Source of the DNA: Nitrosopumilus sp.
Lineage (GTDB): Archaea > Thermoproteota > Nitrososphaeria > Nitrososphaerales > Nitrosopumilaceae
Length of the DNA: 64,000 nucleotides
Direction of reading: 5' to 3'
Assembly: GCA_965218695.1 (NCBI GenBank)
Contig: OZ244651.1
Span: 1,568,001-1,632,000 of the forward strand
Shown here: positions 1 to 8,324 of the stretch, one piece after another
Numbering within the stretch: the first letter of the stretch is position 1
Layout of the letters: each line of letters opens with the position of its first letter
Position numbers and translations under genes: made by a program
The notes under the pieces: generated by a model
What the model was told of the DNA's origin: nothing
The model's input: only the letters and a program-made list of their open reading frames with translations
Databases searched by the model: none

Positions 1-922
1 ATGGTAACATGTTTGATACGGGTATTCTGTAGTAGTCCTTGAGATAGTCTACGGCTTCCTTGATTGCCTCCATTATTCTGTCCCAAATGTCGATGATTCT
101 CTCTTTCGCCAGTGACAGAATGATTTTTTTCTTGCATTCGCCTTCAAGCGCGAGTGAAATGGTCTGCAGGATTGACATATCATATAGCGTCTCATATCCC
201 ACGTTGTCAAGCTCTTCGATCAACGCCCTGAATTTTTCAGACAAGTCAAAGTCGCTCTTAAGATCGTATGTCTTAGCCACCATTATCTCGAAGGTGGAAA
301 GACGCGTCCCACCCTCGTTCATGCGGGTAAAGATTTCAGTTGCGATGTGTATCGGCGCATCGTTTACCTCTATTACAGAGAAGTTGTAGGCCTTCAACGT
401 GTTCGAGTATTCCTTCAGTTTCCCATGGTATTTGGGGTCATATTTCATGAGATCGGCAAAGTTACCGTCGTACAGTGTTTTCAGGTCAATAACGGAATGT
501 TGCCCGGCCTTGTCGTTTTTTACCATTATGATCGGCCCACCATCCTCCGCCTCAAGGTCCACCACGATGCGGCCAAAATCTTCCTTCTTGCCGTCACCGC
601 GCGGGATCGTTTCACCCATTAGAGCCGCAATCAGACTCGTTATTCTCTGTTGTCCGTCAAGCACGAAATGTACGTAGTCGCCCTCCGGCGGGTCTGGAAG
701 ATTCATGCTGCCGACATTCCTGACGGAACGCAGTCTTTCCTTTGTCTTCCAAATGATGAATGTGCCTACTGGGTATCCCTTAATTATGCTGTCAAGGAGG
801 CTTGCGGACTTGTTGAGATTCCAAACGAAATCGCGTTGAAACTGGGGTATCTTGATTTTTCCGCTGGTAACTTTGTACATTAAATCTGACAGAGATTCGG
901 TCGTCGGTTTGGGTAGTTCCAT
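1..922 (-). CDS. DUF262-domain protein (GmrSD-like type IV restriction / defence), runs off the window start
   Basis: Not in the ORF track. Manual translation from ATG at 922 gives MELPKPTTESLSDLMYKVTSGKIKIPQFQRDFVW...LLDSIIKGYPVG...VLDGQQRITSL...IFTRMNEGGTRLS, i.e. the QR, DGQQR and FxxxN motifs of DUF262. Confidence 0.88.
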   Translation of the reverse strand, partial: MELPKPTTESLSDLMYKVTSGKIKIPQFQRDFVWNLNKSASLLDSIIKGYPVGTFIIWKTKERLRSVRNVGSMNLPDPPEGDYVHFVLDGQQRITSLIAALMGETIPRGDGKKEDFGRIVVDLEAEDGGPIIMVKNDKAGQHSVIDLKTLYDGNFADLMKYDPKYHGKLKEYSNTLKAYNFSVIEVNDAPIHIATEIFTRMNEGGTRLSTFEIMVAKTYDLKSDFDLSEKFRALIEELDNVGYETLYDMSILQTISLALEGECKKKIILSLAKERIIDIWDRIMEAIKEAVDYLKDYYRIPVSNMLP

Positions 923-1091
923 TACCGAGGTCGATCCAGTACTCTGATAAACGTTTCCGCCAGGAGGGAATCTGAATTGACCGATTCCGATGATACATCT
1001 GCCTTGCGCAACCGGCAGGCTCAAACACCGCCCCCGGATACAGGCACGTAGCATTAGACATACTTTTAACCACATCCGACACCACCCAATC

Positions 1092-4000
1092 ATGACACTC
1101 ACAACATCCAGTTTTGGTGATGTTGTGAAACATTTGGAACGCGTTGCCAAGGGGGACGGCAAAACCGAGGGTGATCTCTTTGAAGCATTGATGAGATCCT
1201 TCCTCAAGACAGACGAACTCTACCGCGACCGGTTCCGCAACGTGTGGCTGTGGATGGAATATCCTGAAAGGAACGGAAGGGGTGATTTTGGCGTCGATAT
1301 TGTGGCAGAGGAGCAGGACGGGGGATTGTGCGCCATACAGTGCAAATTTTACCCCCACACGAAGCTGACCAAGTCGCACATAGACAGTTTCCTTGAGGCA
1401 GGCAGCAGGGACGAGTTCGATTCCATGCTGCTCATATATTCCGGCGACGGGTACGGGGCCAAGGTCGAAGACGCGCTGAAGGGGCACGGCTGCCGGATTC
1501 TTGACTTCATGGCGCTTGCAGGAAGCAACATGGACTGGCCGAACTTGGCCAAGGGGCTTACGGAAGTCAGGCAGAAGCCCAAATACGGCCTGCGGGACGA
1601 TCAAAAAGACGCGGTAAGGGACGTGAAACGCGGACTTGAAAGTACTGACAGGGGACGAATGATAATGGCATGCGGCACGGGCAAGACGCTGGTTTCGTTA
1701 AGGCTCGCAGAGGACATGATCGGCAAGGGCGGACTGGTACTGTATGCCGTCCCGTCCATATCATTGATGCACCAGGCGATACGGTACTGGTCAGAACAGA
1801 AGAGAATCCCGCACAGCTACGTGGGCGTGTGTTCTGACCCAAAAGTTAGCCACAGAACCGGGCGCGAAGATACCCCCGACATTTCGATCTCCGAGATGGA
1901 AATCAGGGTCACGACGGATCCGGACAAGATTGCCAAAAGCCTGAAGAAGACGGCTGGAAAACTGACCGTGGTTTTTTCGACATACCAGAGCATGAAGGCA
2001 ATCGTCAAGGCGCAGGAAAAGGCAGGCACGGCATTTGACCTGATACTGTGTGATGAGGCGCACCGCACGGCGGGCATAGAGCAGGGAAGCATGGAAGACA
2101 TGTCGCCATTCATGCTGGTGCACGACGAGGTGGATACCAAAAAGCGACTCTACATGACTGCGACGCCGAAAATATACGGGAGCGCGGTAAGGACGAAGGT
2201 TGCAAGGAACGATGCAAGGCCGTACTCCATGGACGACGAATCCAAGTTCGGTCCCTTGCTTTACGAAATGGGGTTCGCCGCCGCCATAGACCGAGGACTG
2301 CTCTCGGACTACAAGGTGGTGGTCTTGGGCGTGGACGAGCGGTACGGCGGACGCGCGTTGCAAAACATGATAAACACCACCACCGAGTCAGGCGACATCA
2401 ACCTGACAGACGCAGCGCGGATGCTCGGGCTGTACCGCATCCTGAACGAGCCCGACCAAGACATCGACATGCCCCCACTCCAAACGGCCATCGTATACAC
2501 CAACCGGGTACGGGATTCCAAATCGTTTGCCAACACGTTTGACAAACTGGCAATGCAGGTAAGCGACGAAGGCGGGTTGCGCTGTAGCGCGACGCACGTG
2601 GATGGCACGCAGAACGCGTCTGTCCGCGCGTCCGCACTGCAGCATCTGCGCGACAGCGCAAGCGACCCCGGAGAATGCAGGATACTCTCAAACGCCAAAT
2701 GCCTGTCAGAAGGCGTCGACGTTCCGACGCTTGACGCAGTCTGTTTCATGAACCCGAAATCGTCAAAGGTCGGGATAGTCCAGGCAGTCGGCCGGGTCAT
2801 GAGGAAAGTAGATGGCAAGGATTACGGCTACGTCATACTGCCCATCGGAATTCCCCCCAACGAGAAAGCGGAGACCATCTTGGACAACCACAACGTCTTT
2901 GACATGGTGTGGAACGTGCTGAATGCCATGAGGTCGCATGACGCCAACATGGACGTCGAGGTAAACACGGCAGATCTCAGGAAAAAGATGATAGACAAGG
3001 TAAAGGTGTTCGGCGTTGACCGCGAAGGTAAAATTCGAAAGGCGGGGGATGATCCAAAAACGTACCCACTAGGTGAACTTGACGTTGATGCGGATGCCCT
3101 GTATGCCAAGATAGTCGAAGAAGTCGGCGACCGGCGCTACCTGGAATACTGGGCAAAGGATGTGGCAACAGTGGTGGCGCGACTACAGGAGCGCATAGGC
3201 CTTGCAATAACCAACAATACGGCCAGGAAGAAATTCGACCTGTTCATGAAGGGCTTGCGCGACATCATAAACGACAGCATCACGGAATCCGACGGTATCG
3301 ACATGCTTGCGCAGCACATGGTAACGCGCCGCATATTCGACGCACTATTTGGCTCGGACGACTTTACCAAGCAGAACCCGATGTCCGCCGTGCTTGATGA
3401 CACCGTGGGAGAACTGCAAAGGCATGGCCTGGAATCCGAGATGAAGGACATTGAGGGGTTTTATGCCAGCATCGAGAACCGTGTCGCAGGACTGGACACC
3501 CATGACGCTAGGCAGCCGGTAATCGCGGAATTGTATGGAAAGTTCTTCAAGAAGGCATTCCCAAAGATGGCCGACAGGTTGGGTATCGTCTACACGCCCC
3601 CGGAGATAGTGGACTTTATCCTGCGCTCAGTCGATCATGTGTTACGGGAGAACTTCGGGCGCGGCCTGACAGACAAGAATATCAACATCATAGATCCATT
3701 TACTGGTGCCGGAACGTTTCTGGCACGGCTGATGTCGCCTGAACTTGGTCTCATACAGGATCGGGACATCAAGCGGAAATACAAGAGCGAGATGTATGCA
3801 AATGAAATTGTACTGCTGGCATATTATATCGCAGCAGTCAACTGTGAATCCGCATATGGATACAAGACAGGTTCTTTCAAGCCTTTTTCTGGCGTTTCCC
3901 TCACAGACACATTCAATCCGGGAAACATGGACGAGTATGCCGGGGATGTCATGACAGGCCCAAAGGAAAGAATCAGGAGACAGCGCGAATCCCCCATAAC

Positions 4001-6122
4001 GGTAATCATGGCGAATCCCCCATACTCTGTAGGTCAGGGAAACGCCAACAAAGACAACAGGAATACGTCACACCCAATGTTGGAAGGAAGATTAAGAGAG
4101 ACGTATGTCAAACGAGCCCCCAAGGGCAACAAGGTATCTTTGTATAATTCCTACATCAAGGCATTCAGATGGGCATCTGACAGGATTGGAGAATCCGGTG
4201 TGATAGGGTTTGTAACACCGGCTTCATTTATCACCGGAAACGCGGAAGCCGGTGTCCGTGCTTGTTTGTATGGAGAGTTCACAGACATATGGTGCTTCAA
4301 TCTGCGGGGAGATGTAAAGAACAAAGATACATGGAAGAAGGAGGGCGGCAAGATATTTGGGAGTGGTTCCAAAGAACCCATCGGCATTACCATTTTGGTT
4401 AAGAATCCCACCAAGCGCGGTTGTACCATACACTACAAACAGGTGGATGATTATCTTACCCAAGGGGAAAAACTGGATGTTGTCCGGAACGTGGGTTCCA
4501 TTATGGGTATTGAAGGCTGGGAGGATGTATTTCCAGACAAGCACCATTATTGGATAAACCAGCCCGGATTGGCAGGCGAAGAGTTTGAAAGACACATGTG
4601 TATGGGTAGTAAGGAAGTGAAACGCGGAAAGAGTGTTGAAGCGATGTTTGGTACATATTCACGAGGAGCTGCGACATCACGTGATGATTGGGTATACAAC
4701 ACATCTGAAAACGAATTAGAAGTAAATATGAGACGACATATTGATTATTGCAATTCTCAGGATCCGGATAATTTTATAATAAACCCAAAACAGGCGAAGA
4801 GTAACACTTCTTTGACAGAACGTATGAAACGACTCAAAAATATTATGTTTGATAAACATCAAATACGCACATCATTATATCGACCGTTTTTCAAACAGTG
4901 GTTGTATTTTGACAATACTTTTGTGGAGTCTAAATATCGAATCCCGTCATTCTTCCCTTCTAACACATCCAAGAATCTGGCCATCATGATTCCTGACAAG
5001 ATCAAGGGCAAATTTTCCACATTCATGACAAACACCACCCCCGATCTACACATCCATGAGGCATCTCAATGCTTTCCCATTAAGGCAAAGAGTGATATTG
5101 GCAAAAAACTAACGCCTTTTGTCACCACCCGTAACCCACTCAGAACCCACTCAGAACCCACTCAGAACCCACTCAGAACCCACTCAGAACCCACTCAGAA
5201 CCCACTCAGAACCCACTCAGAACCCACTCAGAACCCACTCAGAACCCACTCAGAACCCACTCAGAACCCACTCAGAACCCACTCAGAACCCACTCAGAAC
5301 CCACTCAGAACCCACTCAGAACCCACTCAGAACCCACTCAGAACCCACTCAGAACCCACTCAGAACCCACTCAGAACCCACTCAGAACCCACTCAGAACC
5401 CACTCAGAACCCACTCAGAACCCACTCAGAACCCACTCAGAACCCACTCAGAACCCACTCAGAACCCACTCAGAACCCACTCAGAACCCACTCAGAACCC
5501 ACTCAGAACCCACTCAGAACCCACTCAGAACCCACTCAGAACCCACTCAGAACCCACTCAGAACCCACTCAGAACCCACTCAGAACCCACTCAGAACCCA
5601 CTCAGAACCCACTCAGAACCCACTCAGAACCCACTCAGAACCCACTCAGAACCCACTCAGAACCCACTCAGAACCCACTCAGAACCCACTCAGAACCCAC
5701 TCAGAACCCACTCAGAACCCACTCAGAACCCACTCAGAACCCACTCAGAACCCACTCAGAACCCACTCAGAACCCACTCAGAACCCACTCAGAACCCACT
5801 CAGAACCCACTCAGAACCCACTCAGAACCCACTCAGAACCCACTCAGAACCCACTCAGAACCCACTCAGAACCCACTCAGAACCCACTCAGAACCCACTC
5901 AGAACCCACTCAGAACCCACTCAGAACCCACTCAGAACCCACTCAGAACCCACTCAGAACCCACTCAGAACCCACTCAGAACCCACTCAGAACCCACTCA
6001 GAACCCACTCAGAACCCACTCAGAACCCACTCAGAACCCACTCAGAACCCACTCAGAACCCACTCAGAACCCACTCAGAACCCACTCAGAACCCACTCAG
6101 AACCCACTCAACCCGACAATAA
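1092..6122 (+). CDS. Type ISP (LlaGI/LlaBIII-like) restriction-modification enzyme, main polypeptide: Mrr-type nuclease, SF2 helicase, N6-adenine MTase, TRD, then a repeat-encoded tail
   Basis: Nuclease GVDIVAE...AIQCKFY; Walker A MACGTGKT; DEAH; QAVGRVMR; MTase DPFTGAGTF and NPPY; TRD-like TSRDDWVYN, YRPFFKQWLYFD and PDL...QCFP. Likely start is ATG 1092 (ORF track starts at 990). Stops at TAA 6120-6122 just after the repeat. Confidence 0.92.
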   Translation: MTLTTSSFGDVVKHLERVAKGDGKTEGDLFEALMRSFLKTDELYRDRFRNVWLWMEYPERNGRGDFGVDIVAEEQDGGLCAIQCKFYPHTKLTKSHIDSFLEAGSRDEFDSMLLIYSGDGYGAKVEDALKGHGCRILDFMALAGSNMDWPNLAKGLTEVRQKPKYGLRDDQKDAVRDVKRGLESTDRGRMIMACGTGKTLVSLRLAEDMIGKGGLVLYAVPSISLMHQAIRYWSEQKRIPHSYVGVCSDPKVSHRTGREDTPDISISEMEIRVTTDPDKIAKSLKKTAGKLTVVFSTYQSMKAIVKAQEKAGTAFDLILCDEAHRTAGIEQGSMEDMSPFMLVHDEVDTKKRLYMTATPKIYGSAVRTKVARNDARPYSMDDESKFGPLLYEMGFAAAIDRGLLSDYKVVVLGVDERYGGRALQNMINTTTESGDINLTDAARMLGLYRILNEPDQDIDMPPLQTAIVYTNRVRDSKSFANTFDKLAMQVSDEGGLRCSATHVDGTQNASVRASALQHLRDSASDPGECRILSNAKCLSEGVDVPTLDAVCFMNPKSSKVGIVQAVGRVMRKVDGKDYGYVILPIGIPPNEKAETILDNHNVFDMVWNVLNAMRSHDANMDVEVNTADLRKKMIDKVKVFGVDREGKIRKAGDDPKTYPLGELDVDADALYAKIVEEVGDRRYLEYWAKDVATVVARLQERIGLAITNNTARKKFDLFMKGLRDIINDSITESDGIDMLAQHMVTRRIFDALFGSDDFTKQNPMSAVLDDTVGELQRHGLESEMKDIEGFYASIENRVAGLDTHDARQPVIAELYGKFFKKAFPKMADRLGIVYTPPEIVDFILRSVDHVLRENFGRGLTDKNINIIDPFTGAGTFLARLMSPELGLIQDRDIKRKYKSEMYANEIVLLAYYIAAVNCESAYGYKTGSFKPFSGVSLTDTFNPGNMDEYAGDVMTGPKERIRRQRESPITVIMANPPYSVGQGNANKDNRNTSHPMLEGRLRETYVKRAPKGNKVSLYNSYIKAFRWASDRIGESGVIGFVTPASFITGNAEAGVRACLYGEFTDIWCFNLRGDVKNKDTWKKEGGKIFGSGSKEPIGITILVKNPTKRGCTIHYKQVDDYLTQGEKLDVVRNVGSIMGIEGWEDVFPDKHHYWINQPGLAGEEFERHMCMGSKEVKRGKSVEAMFGTYSRGAATSRDDWVYNTSENELEVNMRRHIDYCNSQDPDNFIINPKQAKSNTSLTERMKRLKNIMFDKHQIRTSLYRPFFKQWLYFDNTFVESKYRIPSFFPSNTSKNLAIMIPDKIKGKFSTFMTNTTPDLHIHEASQCFPIKAKSDIGKKLTPFVTTRNPLRTHSEPTQNPLRTHSEPTQNPLRTHSEPTQNPLRTHSEPTQNPLRTHSEPTQNPLRTHSEPTQNPLRTHSEPTQNPLRTHSEPTQNPLRTHSEPTQNPLRTHSEPTQNPLRTHSEPTQNPLRTHSEPTQNPLRTHSEPTQNPLRTHSEPTQNPLRTHSEPTQNPLRTHSEPTQNPLRTHSEPTQNPLRTHSEPTQNPLRTHSEPTQNPLRTHSEPTQNPLRTHSEPTQNPLRTHSEPTQNPLRTHSEPTQNPLRTHSEPTQNPLRTHSEPTQNPLRTHSEPTQNPLRTHSEPTQNPLRTHSEPTQNPLRTHSEPTQNPLRTHSTRQ
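5133..6110 (+). repeat. Perfect tandem repeat (AACCCACTCAG)x88 plus a 10-nt partial unit, inside the Type ISP gene
   Basis: 5133-6100 is 968 bp = 88 x 11, followed by AACCCACTCA. It encodes the cyclic peptide THSEPTQNPLR in all three forward frames. Confidence 0.97.
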
Positions 6123-6232
6123 TAGTACCCGACAAGATCAAGGGCGAGTTTTCGGTATTCATAACGAACGTGACGCCGGATTTGGAAGCGGTGCATCACG
6201 GCCAATGCTTTCCGATGAGGGTGATGGAATGA
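6110..6232 (+). other. Second, diverged copy of a TRD segment of the Type ISP enzyme, currently out of frame
   Basis: The third frame reads NPTIIVPDKIKGEFSVFITNVTPDLEAVHHGQCFPMRVME*, paralogous to NLAIMIPDKIKGKFSTFMTNTTPDLHIHEASQCFPIKAK at about 4974-5090. Confidence 0.9.
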
Positions 6233-6912
6233 AGGATAACATCACGGATTGGGCATTGCAACAGTATCAGACGGCGTACAAGGACAACACCATCACGAAG
6301 GAAGACATATTCTACTACACGTATGGCATTTTGCACCACACCGGATATCGTGGCAAGTACCAAATTGTCTTGGTGCGCGGCCTTCCGCGCATCCCGATGG
6401 CTCCTGATTTTTGGGCATTCAGTGATGCCGGAAAGAGGCTTGCAGATCTGCACTTGGGGTATGAGACGTGTCCAAGGTATGATTTGGGCCAGCCGCTCAA
6501 CAAAATACCGGACGGTCCACGTGCCATAAAATTTGGAAGAAAGCCGGATCCTGATAATGTCGCCAAGACCATTGACGACGAATCCGTGCTTTTCATAAAC
6601 GGTATCAAGGTGTATGACAACATTCCGGCGATATCATACAAGGTAAACGGACGCACGCCGATAGGGTGGTTTGAAGACAGGTACAAGTTTTCCACGCACA
6701 AAGAGAGCGGCATCACGAATTATCCTCTGGAAGACGTAAGTGGTGATGATATACGCGGGATAATAGAACGCCTTGTCCATGTTGGTGTGGAGTCAGACAA
6801 AATTATGGTCGGACTGGCAAAAAAAGAGTTTGAGTCCGGCAAGGATTGGCAGCCTGCAAAGACCGGGATGGACGCGCATATGCAGTCTGGGGCGTTTCAG
6901 AGCACGTTGTAA
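6229..6912 (+). CDS. Type ISP C-terminal domain encoded as a separate ORF
   Basis: MKDNITDWALQQYQ...ITKEDIFYYTYGILH...YRGKY...LPRIP...FSDAGKRLADLHLGYE...YKVNGRTPIGW is typical of the LlaBIII-type C-terminus. The ATG overlaps the TGA of the upstream segment (ATGA) and is preceded by SD-like GAGGGTGA. Confidence 0.88.
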   Translation: MKDNITDWALQQYQTAYKDNTITKEDIFYYTYGILHHTGYRGKYQIVLVRGLPRIPMAPDFWAFSDAGKRLADLHLGYETCPRYDLGQPLNKIPDGPRAIKFGRKPDPDNVAKTIDDESVLFINGIKVYDNIPAISYKVNGRTPIGWFEDRYKFSTHKESGITNYPLEDVSGDDIRGIIERLVHVGVESDKIMVGLAKKEFESGKDWQPAKTGMDAHMQSGAFQSTL

Positions 6913-7019
6913 GTACGTCATAACCACGCAAACTGGCAGTAATTCATCTAATTTACTGATAAATCTTAATTTGACTTACACGAGTAGCCATATATACCAC
7001 AAAAGCAATTTCGTCGATA

Positions 7020-7697
7020 TTGGCTCAACAAAAATGGACAATTCCAACAGACATGTTAATAGATGGCTCTCTACATTGTGTAAAAAATGCAAAACGGTTG
7101 TCGGAAGACGCGAAATCACTGTTTGAATCTAAGCGCTATTCGTCGTGTCTATCGTTAGCAGTATTGGCATTAGAAGAATTAGGAAAATCGTTCATGCTGC
7201 TAGATGCATACGTGAAAAAACAGGAAGTAGAATCGAGGGATTGGTTTAAAAAATTTAGTTCACATCGAGAAAAATTAGAATTTTTAAGCGATTATCTCAG
7301 AACAAACTCTAATGACGAATCTCATAAAAACTCACTCGATAAAATGACCAATCTTATGAGAGCATTGTTAGAGAAAAAAATGGATTCGTTGTATGTCGAC
7401 TGGAACGGCACCCGAGGGGGATGGCGTTACTTTGATGAGCATGAAGGCGATAAGCAAAGAATTGCAAAAGAGGCTTTAACAGCATGCAAAGTGCTTATAG
7501 ACACCGTGTCCAAAAGCCTTGGTGACAGCGGTTTAAAGCTTCCTAACGAAATTGCAGAATCATTACGAAATGGTAAGGCCTATGGTTTTTGCGAAGAATG
7601 TGGCTTGTGTATGCTAACAGCGACAGATGTTAGAATCCACAGCATACAAACTGCCCACTACAGAATGTCATGGTATTCTGTGCCAGAAAAATCATAA
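7020..7697 (+). CDS. AbiV-family (HEPN-like) abortive-infection protein with a C-terminal Cys/His motif
   Basis: NAKRLSEDAKSL...LAVLALEELGK...FSSHREKL...SLYVDW pattern; AT-rich. TTG start is uncertain. Confidence 0.72.
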   Translation: MAQQKWTIPTDMLIDGSLHCVKNAKRLSEDAKSLFESKRYSSCLSLAVLALEELGKSFMLLDAYVKKQEVESRDWFKKFSSHREKLEFLSDYLRTNSNDESHKNSLDKMTNLMRALLEKKMDSLYVDWNGTRGGWRYFDEHEGDKQRIAKEALTACKVLIDTVSKSLGDSGLKLPNEIAESLRNGKAYGFCEECGLCMLTATDVRIHSIQTAHYRMSWYSVPEKS

Positions 7698-7871
7698 ACT
7701 GTTTGAGTTCATGGATTTATTCTTACGGGGCTTGTTCCAGTACGGACTCTTACATTTGGGACAGATGGTCGGAAGCAAAACCGAGTCCGGATCCGACTGG
7801 TTTATCGACTTCGGGCACCACTTGTGGCCACACCTTTCACATTCGAAGCCGGTTATTTTTATTATCGCCAT
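7692..7871 (-). CDS. Small Zn-ribbon protein, divergent from the IS6-like transposase
   Basis: 59 aa: MAIIKITGFECERCGHKWCPK...PTICPKCKSPYWNKPRK, with two CxxC pairs. Confidence 0.7.
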   Translation of the reverse strand: MAIIKITGFECERCGHKWCPKSINQSDPDSVLLPTICPKCKSPYWNKPRKNKSMNSNSL

Positions 7872-8324
7872 GTCGCGTTCGAAACCAAGGAATGGGATGC
7901 ATAAAAGCCCTAAAATCAGGTAAATGTTATGTTTATATGCTTCAAAACCTATACTTATGACGTAAAAAATGCCCATAAATTCAAGAAATGAAAAAGCGAT
8001 GCAAATTCTTTCAAAAATAAACGAAATTAAAAAAATTACAAACAACAGGTTCAGCGTGAAATCCCAAACCACGACGTCGTCGTACATCGTGGAAAAACTG
8101 CAAGAAGCAAACGTGTGGACGTGCGAGTGCAGGGACTTCATGGCCGGACTCGTGAGGCGTCAAGACAAACGATGCAAGCACATCCTGGCCTGTCAAAAGC
8201 TTCAAGATTCGATACGGGCGGAACACGGGATTGAAAGAGTCGAGCTCCCGAAAATCTGCCCGAGGTGCCAGTCCAGCACCATAACCAGGCACGGCCTGAG
8301 AAAACTCAAAAACGGTTCAAAAAG

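Noticed and set aside
792-1604. Long antisense and alternate-frame ORFs (also 12171-13193, 18385-19509, 29301-30413, 40925-41869)
   Set aside because: They shadow well-supported genes in GC-rich sequence and carry no motifs.
5133-6110. CRISPR array or telomere
   Set aside because: The units are contiguous with no spacers and sit inside a CDS with normal sequence on both sides.
4974-6232. Diversity-generating retroelement TR/VR pair
   Set aside because: Differences between the two TRD copies are not adenine-specific, and no reverse transcriptase is present in the window.
5119-6912. 597-aa ORF as an independent gene from its listed start
   Set aside because: The frame is open only because the repeat lacks stops. 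The credible start is ATG 6229, or read-through when n mod 3 = 2.
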